The notes beneath the pieces are model-generated. The model was given only the letters and a program-made list of their open reading frames with translations, searched no databases and was not told where the DNA came from. Position numbers and translations under genes: made by a program. A stretch of DNA of 64,000 nt from Vicinamibacterales bacterium (lineage in GTDB: Bacteria; Acidobacteriota; Vicinamibacteria; Vicinamibacterales; SCN-69-37), in the NCBI GenBank assembly GCA_035519535.1, contig DATIWF010000104.1, forward strand, positions 2,185 to 66,184. The letters run 5' to 3'. Position 1 is the first letter of the stretch. Every line of letters starts with the position of its first letter. Shown piece by piece: positions 8,264 through 16,852 of the stretch.

Positions 8264-8986
8264 ATGAAGGCACAGGAACGACGACACCTGAAAGAGAACG
8301 AATTCGCGATCACGACCCGGCGCGTCGTCGAGACGCTGCAGGCGAACCGCGACCGGGCCGTCATCGCGGCCGCCGCGATCGTCGTCGTGCTCGTAATCGG
8401 CGGCGGCTGGGCCTACTGGCACAAATACACGAGCGACGAGTCCGGCGCGCTGCTGGGCGTCGCCATGTCTGTGGCCCAGGCGCCGATCGTTCCGCCGCCG
8501 ACCGTGCCCGGCGCGACCCAGAGCCCCGGCACGTATCCGTCGGATCAGGCCAGGCAGGAAGCGGCCGTCCAGGCCTTTCAGCAGGTCGTGACCCAGTACC
8601 CGAACACTCCAGCCGGGCTGACGGCGCGCTACCAGCTGGCCGTCGCGCTGCTGACGCTCGGGCGCCTGCCGGAAGCCGAACAGGCGTTCACCACGGCGGC
8701 CAGCCAGGCGGGGTCGTCGATCTACGGGCCGATGGCGCGGCTCGGGCGCGCCGAGGCGTTGCGCGCCCAGAACAAGTACGACGACGCCATCAAGGCGTTC
8801 ACGGACCTCGCGGCGGAGCGCGACAGCGTGCTGCCGGTCGACGGCGTGCTGATGCAACTCGCCGAGACGTGCCTCAAGGCCGGCAAGACCCAGGAGGCGC
8901 GCGCCGCCTTCAAGCGCGTCGTCGATGAATTCCCGGATTCGGGGTATTCAACCGAGGCGCGCCAGCAGCTCGCGGCGCTCGGCTAG
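8264..8986 (+). CDS. Membrane-anchored tetratricopeptide-repeat protein (YfgM/UPF0070-like)
   Basis: 240 aa. It has one N-terminal TM helix (AVIAAAAIVVVLVIGGGWAYW) followed by TPR-like helical repeats (ARYQLAVALLTLGRLPEAEQAF..., LGRAEALRAQNKYDDAIKAF...). Confidence 0.65.
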   Translation: MKAQERRHLKENEFAITTRRVVETLQANRDRAVIAAAAIVVVLVIGGGWAYWHKYTSDESGALLGVAMSVAQAPIVPPPTVPGATQSPGTYPSDQARQEAAVQAFQQVVTQYPNTPAGLTARYQLAVALLTLGRLPEAEQAFTTAASQAGSSIYGPMARLGRAEALRAQNKYDDAIKAFTDLAAERDSVLPVDGVLMQLAETCLKAGKTQEARAAFKRVVDEFPDSGYSTEARQQLAALG

Positions 8987-8992
8987 GCCGGT

Positions 8993-9874
8993 CTAGCGGA
9001 GCTTGTAGGTCAGCAGCTTGTAGACGAGGCGCGCGGCCAGGAAATTGGGCGCGACCAGCCCGGGCACCGGGCACAGCTCCACCACGTCGCACGCCACGAC
9101 GGTCTTCGTCTCGAACGTGCGCCGCAGCAGGGTCATGAGCTCCCGCCAGGAGAGCCCGCCCGGCTCCGGCGTGCCGACCGCGGGCATGGTGCCGGGATCG
9201 AGCCCGTCCAGATCGATCGTGACGTACACGGTGTCGGACAGCGCGTCCACGGCTTTGGCCACCCACTGCGGGTCGTCGCGCATGTTCCAGTCGTAGAAAA
9301 TCCGCGTCCCGATCGACGGCAGCGCGGCGACTTCCTCCTCCGAAATATTCCGAATCCCGACCTGCACGAGCGGCGCAAACTCGGCCGTGCGCCGCATCGC
9401 CGCTGCGTGACTGTGGCGCTGGCCCTGGTAGCCGTCGCGCAGGTCGGCGTGCGCGTCGATCTGAAGCACGCTGAGGCCACGGTGCGTCGCCGCCGCTTCG
9501 GCGACGATGGGTGAGGTGATCGAGTGCTCGCCGCCGAGCGTGATCAGGAACTTGCCGTCGCGCACGATGCCGCCGGCCGTGCGGCGGAGCTCGGCGAGCG
9601 CGGTCTCCATCGATCCCGACGTCAGATCCATCTCCGGCAGCGTGACGACGCCGCGGCCGTGGACGTCCACGCCGATTTCCTCGTCCCACAATTCGACCTG
9701 CGTCGAGGCGATCAGGAGCTCGCGCGGTCCGTTGCGCGTGCCGGGCACGTACGACGTCGTGCGATCGAGCGGGGCGGGCAGGATCACGGCCACGGCCGTG
9801 TCGTAGTTCGATTCCTCGGGAAGCGCGCCGCCGAACTGGTAGGGCTGCAGGCGGCCGTAGGCGGGCACCGACAT
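8993..9874 (-). CDS. speB: Agmatinase / ureohydrolase (arginase family)
   Basis: 293 aa with Mn-ligand motifs of the arginase fold (GGEHSIT, QIDAHADL, TIDLDGLDP). Its ATG shares 1 nt with the stop of the upstream DHS-like gene. Confidence 0.85.
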   Translation of the reverse strand: MSVPAYGRLQPYQFGGALPEESNYDTAVAVILPAPLDRTTSYVPGTRNGPRELLIASTQVELWDEEIGVDVHGRGVVTLPEMDLTSGSMETALAELRRTAGGIVRDGKFLITLGGEHSITSPIVAEAAATHRGLSVLQIDAHADLRDGYQGQRHSHAAAMRRTAEFAPLVQVGIRNISEEEVAALPSIGTRIFYDWNMRDDPQWVAKAVDALSDTVYVTIDLDGLDPGTMPAVGTPEPGGLSWRELMTLLRRTFETKTVVACDVVELCPVPGLVAPNFLAARLVYKLLTYKLR

Positions 9875-10947
9875 CAGGACTCCTGGTAGCGGTTGTCGGC
9901 CAGGGGCTGGCCGTTGACGACGAGCAACCGGCCGGACGGGTCGAACTCGGGTCGCTTGCGCTTCGCAAGCGTGTCCCGGACCGTCGTTTCGAGCGCGCTG
10001 ACGAGCATCGGCAAGGCGAGCGTCACGTCGGCGTGGACCGTCACCTTCTCGGACTCGATCGACAGCTTGCCCCAGCTCTGGGCTTCCTCGAGCGACGAGC
10101 CGCTGGCGCCGCCGAAGTGCGGCACGTCGGTGACGATTTGGAGCGCGAACTTGTGGCCGGTCACGCGGTCGTCGTAGAACTCCGCCTGGACGCTGGCCTG
10201 ATTGATGAAGTTCTTGGGCGTGCCGCCGCCGAGGATGATCGTCGCGGTGCTCGGCCGGCGGATGACGATGTTCGCCGACTCGATGATGTCGCCGATGACG
10301 TCAATCGCGCCGGCGGTCTGGTCCCGATGGCGAGCCTGGGACACGCCCATGCCGATCGAGGAATCCGCGATGGCGGGACAGAAGATCGGCACGTTCGCGC
10401 GATACGCCGCGGTCAGGATGCCGTGGTGCTCGGTCTCTTTCCAGAGGTGCTCGCCGAGCTTGTACAGGAACTCGCGGGTCGTGTAGGGCCGGCGCTCGAG
10501 CTTGAGCACGAACGCGGCGATCCATTCGTCGTTCTTGCAGAATTCGTCCTCGCTTGCCAGGGTGTCGTAGACCCGATCGATCCGCTCGGCCGCGAGCGCC
10601 GCGTCGTCGAGGTGCGGCGAGCCGATGAAATGGCGTCGGCCGCGCGTCTCATGGAGGTCGTGATACAGGTTCGCGCCCGTGGACACGAGACAGTCGATGT
10701 ACCGGTGTTCGATGAGGTGCGCGAGGATCATGCGCATGCCGCCGGCCGACAGCGCGCCGGCGGCGCCGAGGAAAATCGTCGCGTCGCTCGCGAGCATCTT
10801 CTCCCAGATGCGGCGGGCCGTCGCCAGATTGCGGCCCTGAAACGACACGCGCTCCATCCGCTGCAGCACGTCGTCGGCCGACAGACCGGCGGCAACGGCG
10901 AACGGCTCGACCGGCTTGCGCAGGAAGCGCGATTTGCGGCGGCTCAT
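9874..10947 (-). CDS. Deoxyhypusine synthase-like protein (probable homospermidine-type polyamine synthase)
   Basis: 357 aa with DHS-family similarity along the whole length (FLGAAGALSAGGMR, STGANLYHDLHE, ILGGGTPKNF, LQIVTDVPHFGGASG). Confidence 0.8.
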   Translation of the reverse strand: MSRRKSRFLRKPVEPFAVAAGLSADDVLQRMERVSFQGRNLATARRIWEKMLASDATIFLGAAGALSAGGMRMILAHLIEHRYIDCLVSTGANLYHDLHETRGRRHFIGSPHLDDAALAAERIDRVYDTLASEDEFCKNDEWIAAFVLKLERRPYTTREFLYKLGEHLWKETEHHGILTAAYRANVPIFCPAIADSSIGMGVSQARHRDQTAGAIDVIGDIIESANIVIRRPSTATIILGGGTPKNFINQASVQAEFYDDRVTGHKFALQIVTDVPHFGGASGSSLEEAQSWGKLSIESEKVTVHADVTLALPMLVSALETTVRDTLAKRKRPEFDPSGRLLVVNGQPLADNRYQES

Positions 10948-10959
10948 GCGGGCGTCATT

Positions 10960-12483
10960 CTATCGCGGGTCGCGCCTCGCCACGTTCTTCAGGAAGACGA
11001 AGTCCGCCGTGGGCGTGAGTGTGACGCCCGTGAGGGACGGTTGGGCCACGGCGACATTCGTCTTGTACCAGAGGCTGATGATCGGCGCGTCGGCGGCGAT
11101 GACGCGCTGCGCCTGCTGGTAGTCGGCGCGGCGCGTCGCCTCGTCGCTCGCCGACGTGGCGGCGTCAATCAACCGATCGACCTCGTCGTTGTGGTAGTGC
11201 CCGCGGTTGAAGCCCTCGGGCGGCGTCTGGGTCGAATAGAACGCGCGCCGCAGCATATCGGGATCCGTGATGCCCACGAACTGCAGCGTGTACAGCTGGA
11301 CGTTGCCCTTGATGACGTCGGCCATCAGCGTCGCGAACTCGGACGAGCGGACGTCGAGCGCGATGCCGACGTCGCGCAGGTCCTGCTGAATCACGGCGGC
11401 CTGCAGCCGGTAGCGCTCGTCGGTGGACGTGTGGAGCGTCAAGTGGAGCCGGGGCGCCGGGCCCGCGCCGTCCGGGTCGCGATACCCGGCCTCGTCGAGC
11501 AGCGCCCGCGCCTTGTCGGGATCGTGCGAGAAACGGAATACGTCAGGCGCATAGGCCCACGACATCGGCGGCACGATGCCCGTCGCCGGCTCGGCCAGCC
11601 CGCGGCGCAGGTACGTGACGATCGCGCGCTGGTCGATCGCGTAGCCGATCGCCTGCCGGACGCGCAGGTCGCGCAGCGCCGGATCGCGGAGGTTCAGGCC
11701 CACGTACGCGTAGTCGGTGCCCGGGCCCGTCACCACGGTCAGCCTGCCCTCCGCGCGGAGGCCCTCCACCAGATCGGGCGAGAGGTCGTTGACGACGAGA
11801 TCCACGCTGCCTTTCCGCAGTTCGAGCCCGCGCATCGTCTCGTCGGGCACCGTCCGGAAGTCGAGGCCGGCGTTGGCCGGCGCGCCGCCGTAGTACCCGG
11901 CAAACGCCGTCAGCGAGACGTGATCGTCGGGCACGAACTCGGCCAGCCGGTACGGACCGCTGCCGATCGGCCGGCGGCCGGCGTCCGGACCGGTGCCCGC
12001 CGGGACGATCCCCATCACGAGGTTGATCGGGAAGGACGCGGACGGCGCCCGCAGATGGAACGCCGTCGTGTACCGATCGAGCGCCTCGACGGATTCGAGG
12101 CCCCGGTACGCGCCCTTGCGTCCCGACACGAACGCCGGGTCCAGAAACCGGCGGAACGTGAAGACGACGTCCGCGGAGGTCATCTCGCGGCCGTCGTGGA
12201 AATGCACGCCCCGCGGAATCTCCGCGACGTAGGTCCGGTCGTCGCGCGCCTCGAAGCGCACGGCGAGATCCGGGACCACGCGCAGCGAGTCGTCGATCTT
12301 GAGGAGCGAGCTGAACAGGAGCTGATGGAGCTTCTGGGACGCTTCGTCGAGACCGATGCCCGGGTCGAGATTGGTGGGGGAGTTGGCCATCGCGATCACG
12401 ATCCGATCGCGGGGGTGGCTGACGTCGGCGCACGCCGCGGCCCCGCACAGGCCCAGGGCGGCGACCGCCGCACGGCATCTCAC
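10960..12483 (-). CDS. ABC-transporter substrate-binding lipoprotein, family 5 (peptide/nickel/opine type), with no adjacent permease or ATPase
   Basis: This is the C-terminal 507 codons of track ORF 10960..15282. SBP_bac_5-like blocks are present (LDPGIGLDEASQKL, GVHFHDGREMTSADVVFTF, GSGPYRLAEF). A lipoprotein-type signal is present (VRCRAAVAALGLCGAAAC). The proposed GTG 12481-12483 overlaps the mutS stop (GTGA). Confidence 0.8.
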   Translation of the reverse strand: MRCRAAVAALGLCGAAACADVSHPRDRIVIAMANSPTNLDPGIGLDEASQKLHQLLFSSLLKIDDSLRVVPDLAVRFEARDDRTYVAEIPRGVHFHDGREMTSADVVFTFRRFLDPAFVSGRKGAYRGLESVEALDRYTTAFHLRAPSASFPINLVMGIVPAGTGPDAGRRPIGSGPYRLAEFVPDDHVSLTAFAGYYGGAPANAGLDFRTVPDETMRGLELRKGSVDLVVNDLSPDLVEGLRAEGRLTVVTGPGTDYAYVGLNLRDPALRDLRVRQAIGYAIDQRAIVTYLRRGLAEPATGIVPPMSWAYAPDVFRFSHDPDKARALLDEAGYRDPDGAGPAPRLHLTLHTSTDERYRLQAAVIQQDLRDVGIALDVRSSEFATLMADVIKGNVQLYTLQFVGITDPDMLRRAFYSTQTPPEGFNRGHYHNDEVDRLIDAATSASDEATRRADYQQAQRVIAADAPIISLWYKTNVAVAQPSLTGVTLTPTADFVFLKNVARRDPR

Positions 12484-15122
12484 GTGTCCGCCTCGCGCTT
12501 GAGCTCGGCCAGGAGCGCGAGCGCCTCGAGAGGCGTCAGGCGGTTGATGTCGAGGCCCCTCAGCCGGAGGACGATCGGATCCGGATCGGCCGGCGCCTGG
12601 AAGAGGCCGAGTTGCTGCGTCGGCGCCACCGCGCCGCTGAGACTCGGCCGGCCGCCGCGCGCCAGCTCGTCCCGCTCGAGCGACTTGAGAATCTCCGCGG
12701 CGCGCCGGACCACCGCGGGAGGCAGGCCGGCGAGCTGCGCCACGTGAATGCCGTAGCTGCGATCCGATCGCCCGGCGACGATCTTGTGGAGGAAGACGAT
12801 CTCGTCCCGGTACTCGCGCGCGGCGACGTGGCAATTGACGACGCCGGGCAGCGCGTCGGCGAGATCGGTGAGCTCGTGGTAGTGCGTGGCGAAGATCGTC
12901 TTCGGCCGCGCGCGCTCGTTCGACACGAGGTGCTCGGCGACGGCCCAGGCCAGGCTCAGGCCGTCGAACGTCGCGGTGCCGCGGCCGATTTCGTCGAGGA
13001 TCACGAGGCTCCGCGTCGTCGCCGCGTGCAGGATGGTCGCCGTCTCCTGCATCTCGACCATGAACGTGGACTGACCGCGCGTGATGTTGTCGGACGCACC
13101 AACGCGCGCGAAGATCCGATCGACAATCGCGAGCTTCGCGCTCTTGGCCGGCACGAACGAGCCGGCCTGCGCCAGGAGCGACAGCAGCGCGACCTGCCGC
13201 AGATACGTGCTCTTGCCGCCCATGTTGGGCCCCGTGAGCACGACCAGCTGGCGGTCCGTGCCGTTGAGCAGCACATCGTTCGGGACGAAGGCCTCCGCGA
13301 CGTGTCGCTCGACGATGGGATGCCGCGCGTCGATCGCGTGGATCTCGTCGCCGTCGTGCACCTGCGGCTTGATGTAGTTGTTGAGGGCCGCCGTCTCGGC
13401 GAGGGCGGCGATCACGTCGAGCGCGGCCACGGCGCGGGCCGTGTCCAGGATCCGCGGGGCCTCGGCCGCCAGCCGCAGCCGGAGCGCTTCGAAGAGCTCC
13501 AGCTCCCGCTCGAGGATGCGCTCGTCGGCGCCGAGCACCTGGTCCTCGTATTCCTTGAGCGCCGGCGTGATGAAACGCTCGCCGCCGGCCACCGTCTGTT
13601 TGCGCGTGTAGTCGGCCGGCACGGCGCCGAGGTTCGACTTCGACACTTCGATGTAGTACCCGAAGACCCGGTTGTACCGGACCTTGAGCGACGTGATCCC
13701 CGTGCGCGCGCGCTCCGCCTCCTCCATCGCGGCGATGGCCGTGCGCCCGCCCCGGCTGATCCCGCGGAGGCGATCCAGGTCCGGATCGACGCCGTCCCGA
13801 ATGACGTTGCCGTCGCGGACCGCCGCCGGCGGCTCGCTGAGGAGCGTGCGCTCGATGTCGTCGCGCACGTCCGTGAGGTCGTCGAGTTCGGCCACGAGGC
13901 TCTTGACGAGCGGCGCCTGGAAGTCCGCCGCGCCCGCGCGCAGGCGCGGCAGGAGCGCGACCGACTGCCCGAGGGCGACCAGGTCGCGCGGCCCCGCTGT
14001 CGCGAGCGAGATCCGCGCGATGAGCCGCTCGAGATCGTGGATGCCCTTGAAGAGCTCGCGCTGCCGCGCGCGGTCGGTCGATCGAAACGCGACGTCCTCG
14101 ACGGCGTCGAGCCGGTCCTCGATCCGCGCGAGCGTGACGAGCGGCCGAAGCAGCCACTGCCGCAGCATCCGCCCGCCCATCGCCGTGACCGTGCGGTCGA
14201 TCGTATCGAGCAGCGATCCCGAGCGTCCGCCCTCGGCGCCCTCGACGACGTTGAGGTGGCGCAGCGTCACGGGATCGATGAGCAGCGCGTCGGCGGCCAC
14301 GCGCAGGGAGATGTCGCGGACGTGCGAGAGATTGCCGCGCTGCGTATCCCGCAGGTAGGCGACGATGGCGCCGGCCGCCGCCACGGCCGCCGGCGCGCCC
14401 TCGAGGCCGTACCCGGAGAGCGACGAGCTGCGCAGCTGCTCGAGCAGCGTCGCGCGCGCGCGCCCGGCCTCGAACATCCACTCGTCGAGACGCGTCAGGC
14501 GCGGCGCCGCGAGCGGCGAGAGCGCCGCATCGATCTGGCTCGTCTCGGCCGCGAGCAGCTCGCGCGGCCGCAGCACCGCCAGCTCGGCGGACACCGCCGC
14601 GGCCGCGTCCGCTCCCGCAAACTCCGCCGCCGCGAATTCTCCGGTGGAGACGTCGAGGAAGGCGAGCCCCCAGGCCGGCGAGACGAGGCCCGCCGGCACG
14701 ATCGCCGCAAGAAACGCCGGCTCGCGCGCCTCGAGGTACCCGGCGTCCGTGAAGGTCCCGGGCGAGACGACGCGCGTGACCTCGCGCCGGACGATGCCCT
14801 TCGCCTTTCGCGGGTCCTCGACCTGATCGCAGATGGCGACGCGGTACCCCTTGCGCACGAGCCTCGCCAGATACGTCTCGAGCGCGTGATGCGGCACGCC
14901 GCACATCGGAATCGCGACGCCGCTCGCGTCCTTCGCGCGCGACGTCAGCGCCAGCTCGAGCACGCGCGCGGCCGTGAGCGCGTCCTCGTAGAACATCTCG
15001 TAGAAGTCGCCCATCCGGAACAGCACGATCGCGTCGCGGTGCTGGCGCTTGACCTCGAGATACTGGCGCATGGCCGGCGTGGCCGACAGGGACGCGGGAG
15101 ACGGCGGGGAAGAGCTGGTCAC
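12480..15122 (-). CDS. mutS: DNA mismatch repair protein MutS
   Basis: 880 aa with N-terminal PAMRQYLEVK, Walker A GPNMGGKST and STFMVEM. GTG start at 15120-15122. Confidence 0.97.
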   Translation of the reverse strand: MTSSSPPSPASLSATPAMRQYLEVKRQHRDAIVLFRMGDFYEMFYEDALTAARVLELALTSRAKDASGVAIPMCGVPHHALETYLARLVRKGYRVAICDQVEDPRKAKGIVRREVTRVVSPGTFTDAGYLEAREPAFLAAIVPAGLVSPAWGLAFLDVSTGEFAAAEFAGADAAAAVSAELAVLRPRELLAAETSQIDAALSPLAAPRLTRLDEWMFEAGRARATLLEQLRSSSLSGYGLEGAPAAVAAAGAIVAYLRDTQRGNLSHVRDISLRVAADALLIDPVTLRHLNVVEGAEGGRSGSLLDTIDRTVTAMGGRMLRQWLLRPLVTLARIEDRLDAVEDVAFRSTDRARQRELFKGIHDLERLIARISLATAGPRDLVALGQSVALLPRLRAGAADFQAPLVKSLVAELDDLTDVRDDIERTLLSEPPAAVRDGNVIRDGVDPDLDRLRGISRGGRTAIAAMEEAERARTGITSLKVRYNRVFGYYIEVSKSNLGAVPADYTRKQTVAGGERFITPALKEYEDQVLGADERILERELELFEALRLRLAAEAPRILDTARAVAALDVIAALAETAALNNYIKPQVHDGDEIHAIDARHPIVERHVAEAFVPNDVLLNGTDRQLVVLTGPNMGGKSTYLRQVALLSLLAQAGSFVPAKSAKLAIVDRIFARVGASDNITRGQSTFMVEMQETATILHAATTRSLVILDEIGRGTATFDGLSLAWAVAEHLVSNERARPKTIFATHYHELTDLADALPGVVNCHVAAREYRDEIVFLHKIVAGRSDRSYGIHVAQLAGLPPAVVRRAAEILKSLERDELARGGRPSLSGAVAPTQQLGLFQAPADPDPIVLRLRGLDINRLTPLEALALLAELKREADT

Positions 15123-15184
15123 GGGAAGGACAGCGGCTCAGACGTCGAAAGCGGGCAGAACCAGCCGGAGTATAACATTGCGCC

Positions 15185-16384
15185 ATGCTCGTGCTGGCGC
15201 TCGAGACCGTGACGCGCGCAGGCAGCGTCGCGGTCATGGACGGCGCCGCGTCCCACGCCGCGATCGGTGATGCGTCCCGCACGCACGGCGAGCGGCTGCC
15301 TCAGGACGCCACGTCCTGGCTCGCGCGGTACGGCCGCACGCTCGCTGACGTCGACCTGTTTGCCGTCATCGCCGGCCCCGGATCGTTCACGGGACTGCGC
15401 GTCGGCATGGCCGCCATCCAGGGATTCGCGCTGTCGCGCGACCGCAAGGTCGTCGCCGTCCCGACGCTCGACGCGCTCGCCTGCGGCTGGCTCGATCGCG
15501 CCCACCTCACCCAGCCGACGCGCGTCGTCGCGTGCCTCGACGGCCAACGGGGCGAGGTATTCGCCGCGGGTTGGGAGCTCGATCGGGACGCGGCGTTCGA
15601 AGCCGCGCGCGTGAGTTTCGAGCCGCGTGTCGGCCGGCCGGAGGAGCTTAAGGCCGAGCTGGCGCACCTGGCGCACCGCGCGCCGACCGTCGTGATTGGC
15701 GACGGCGCGCGCCGGTACGAGTCGATCTTCGCGTCGCCGGCGCTGGCGATCGCCGTGGCGGACCTCCCCGTGCCCCTGGCCGAGGTCGCCGCGCGCACCG
15801 CGATGGCCCACCCCGAGCGCGGCGTGGCGCCGCACGCGCTGCGGCCGATCTACATCCGCCGGCCAGACGCCGTGCTCGCCCGCGATCGCGTCCGCGCGCA
15901 GGCGGGCGCCGCCCCGACCGATCCCTTCGCGGGCTTCACGATCGAGCGCGCCGCGGCGCGCGACGACATCGCCGCCGTCGAGGCGCTGCAGCGGCGGACG
16001 TTTACGAATCCCTGGGCGGCTGAGTCCATCCGCTGGGAGCTCGAGCACACCGACGTGGCCCGGCTCTATGTCATGCGAGCGCCGGACGGCACGCTGGTCG
16101 CGTACTGCGCCTGCTGGATCATCTTCGACGAGCTGCACATCAACAGCCTCGCGGTGGACGAGGCCTGGCGCCGCCGTGGGGTGGCGCGGCGGCTGCTTGA
16201 AGCGGTGCTCCGGGAGGCTGCCGCCGGGGGCGCCCGGTCCGCCACGCTCGAGGTGCGCCGGTCGAACGAGGCGGCCCGCGCCCTGTACGAGGGCCTCGGG
16301 TTCCACGTCGACGCGGTCCGCCGCGATTACTACCAGCACCCGCGCGAGGATGCGCTCATCCTCTGGAATCGGCGGATCAGCTAG
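15185..16384 (+). CDS. tsaB: Fusion protein: tRNA t6A biosynthesis protein TsaB (N-terminal) and RimI-type GNAT acetyltransferase (C-terminal)
   Basis: 399 aa. The N-terminal part has MLVLALETVTRAGSVAV and GPGSFTGLRVG (YeaZ/TsaB). The C-terminal part has a GNAT core, INSLAVDEAWRRRGVARRLL...ARALYEGLGF (RimI-like). It is a single uninterrupted ORF. Confidence 0.85.
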   Translation: MLVLALETVTRAGSVAVMDGAASHAAIGDASRTHGERLPQDATSWLARYGRTLADVDLFAVIAGPGSFTGLRVGMAAIQGFALSRDRKVVAVPTLDALACGWLDRAHLTQPTRVVACLDGQRGEVFAAGWELDRDAAFEAARVSFEPRVGRPEELKAELAHLAHRAPTVVIGDGARRYESIFASPALAIAVADLPVPLAEVAARTAMAHPERGVAPHALRPIYIRRPDAVLARDRVRAQAGAAPTDPFAGFTIERAAARDDIAAVEALQRRTFTNPWAAESIRWELEHTDVARLYVMRAPDGTLVAYCACWIIFDELHINSLAVDEAWRRRGVARRLLEAVLREAAAGGARSATLEVRRSNEAARALYEGLGFHVDAVRRDYYQHPREDALILWNRRIS

Positions 16385-16442
16385 GTACCCGACGTACCGA
16401 CGCTGTCTTTTTCGAAGAGATTGTGCTAGCTTGCGCCTGACT

Positions 16443-16470
16443 GAGATCGCGCGCAGGCGATCTCCTTTTC
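16443..16470 (+). terminator. Candidate intrinsic terminator after tsaB-rimI
   Basis: A perfect 8-bp stem GAGATCGC(16443-16450)/GCGATCTC(16457-16464) with a 6-nt loop is followed by CTTTTC. It lies 59 nt downstream of the stop at 16384. Confidence 0.4.
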
Positions 16471-16507
16471 CGGGGGCCCCAGCCCCGGCGACAAAAGGAG
16501 GCGGAGC

Positions 16508-16765
16508 ATGGCAGACGCTCAGCTCCCGATCAAAGACGACGTGAAGGCCGCGCTGCTTCGGACCGATGAAAGCTTCAGGCAGTTGGTCACGGAGCATCAA
16601 GCCCTCGACGAACGGATTCGCCACCTCGCCAGTCTCGCCTACCTCACCGACCAGCAACGCTTCGAGCAAACGGCCCTGAAAAAGCACAAACTCGCGCTCA
16701 AGGATCGCATCGAAGCGATGATGCGGCAGCAGTATCCGGCGTCGCCGCCGCTCGCGCAGCACTAG
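16508..16765 (+). CDS. DUF465 (YdcH-like) small coiled-coil protein
   Basis: 85 aa with the typical pattern FRQLVTEHQALDERI...L...LKKHKLALKDRIEAMM. A strong SD (AAAGGAGG) lies 6 nt upstream of the ATG. Confidence 0.75.
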   Translation: MADAQLPIKDDVKAALLRTDESFRQLVTEHQALDERIRHLASLAYLTDQQRFEQTALKKHKLALKDRIEAMMRQQYPASPPLAQH

Positions 16766-16817
16766 CCCGACCCTCAGGACAGACCGCCGCACCGCACTCC
16801 CGGCCTGGGTGTCCGCG

Positions 16818-16846
16818 CTGACCGTCTGTCGTGACTTCTGTACAAT
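16818..16846 (+). promoter_or_regulatory. Candidate sigma70-type promoter CTGACC-N17-TACAAT for psd-pssA (leaderless geometry)
   Basis: CTGACC is at 16818-16823 and TACAAT at 16841-16846. The -10 element ends 6 nt before the GTG start at 16853, and no SD is present. Confidence 0.35.
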
Positions 16847-16852
16847 CAGGTT

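Noticed and set aside
4523-8857. A 1444-aa ORF on the minus strand, the largest 'protein' in the track.
   Set aside because: It is a shadow frame of GC-rich DNA. It runs antisense through six well-supported features (rSAM, FG-GAP, ALDH, acyP, apt, TPR) and straight across the tRNA-Arg gene. Its translation is Arg/Gly/Ala/Pro-dominated with no recognisable domain.
10960-15282. The 1440-aa (10960..15282, -) and 1361-aa (31708..35793, +) ORFs taken at face value as giant proteins.
   Set aside because: Only the 3' portions are real (the SBP from GTG 12483 and the LptC/A-like protein from ATG 33544). The 5' extensions are out-of-frame read-through across mutS and across accA/recJ respectively.
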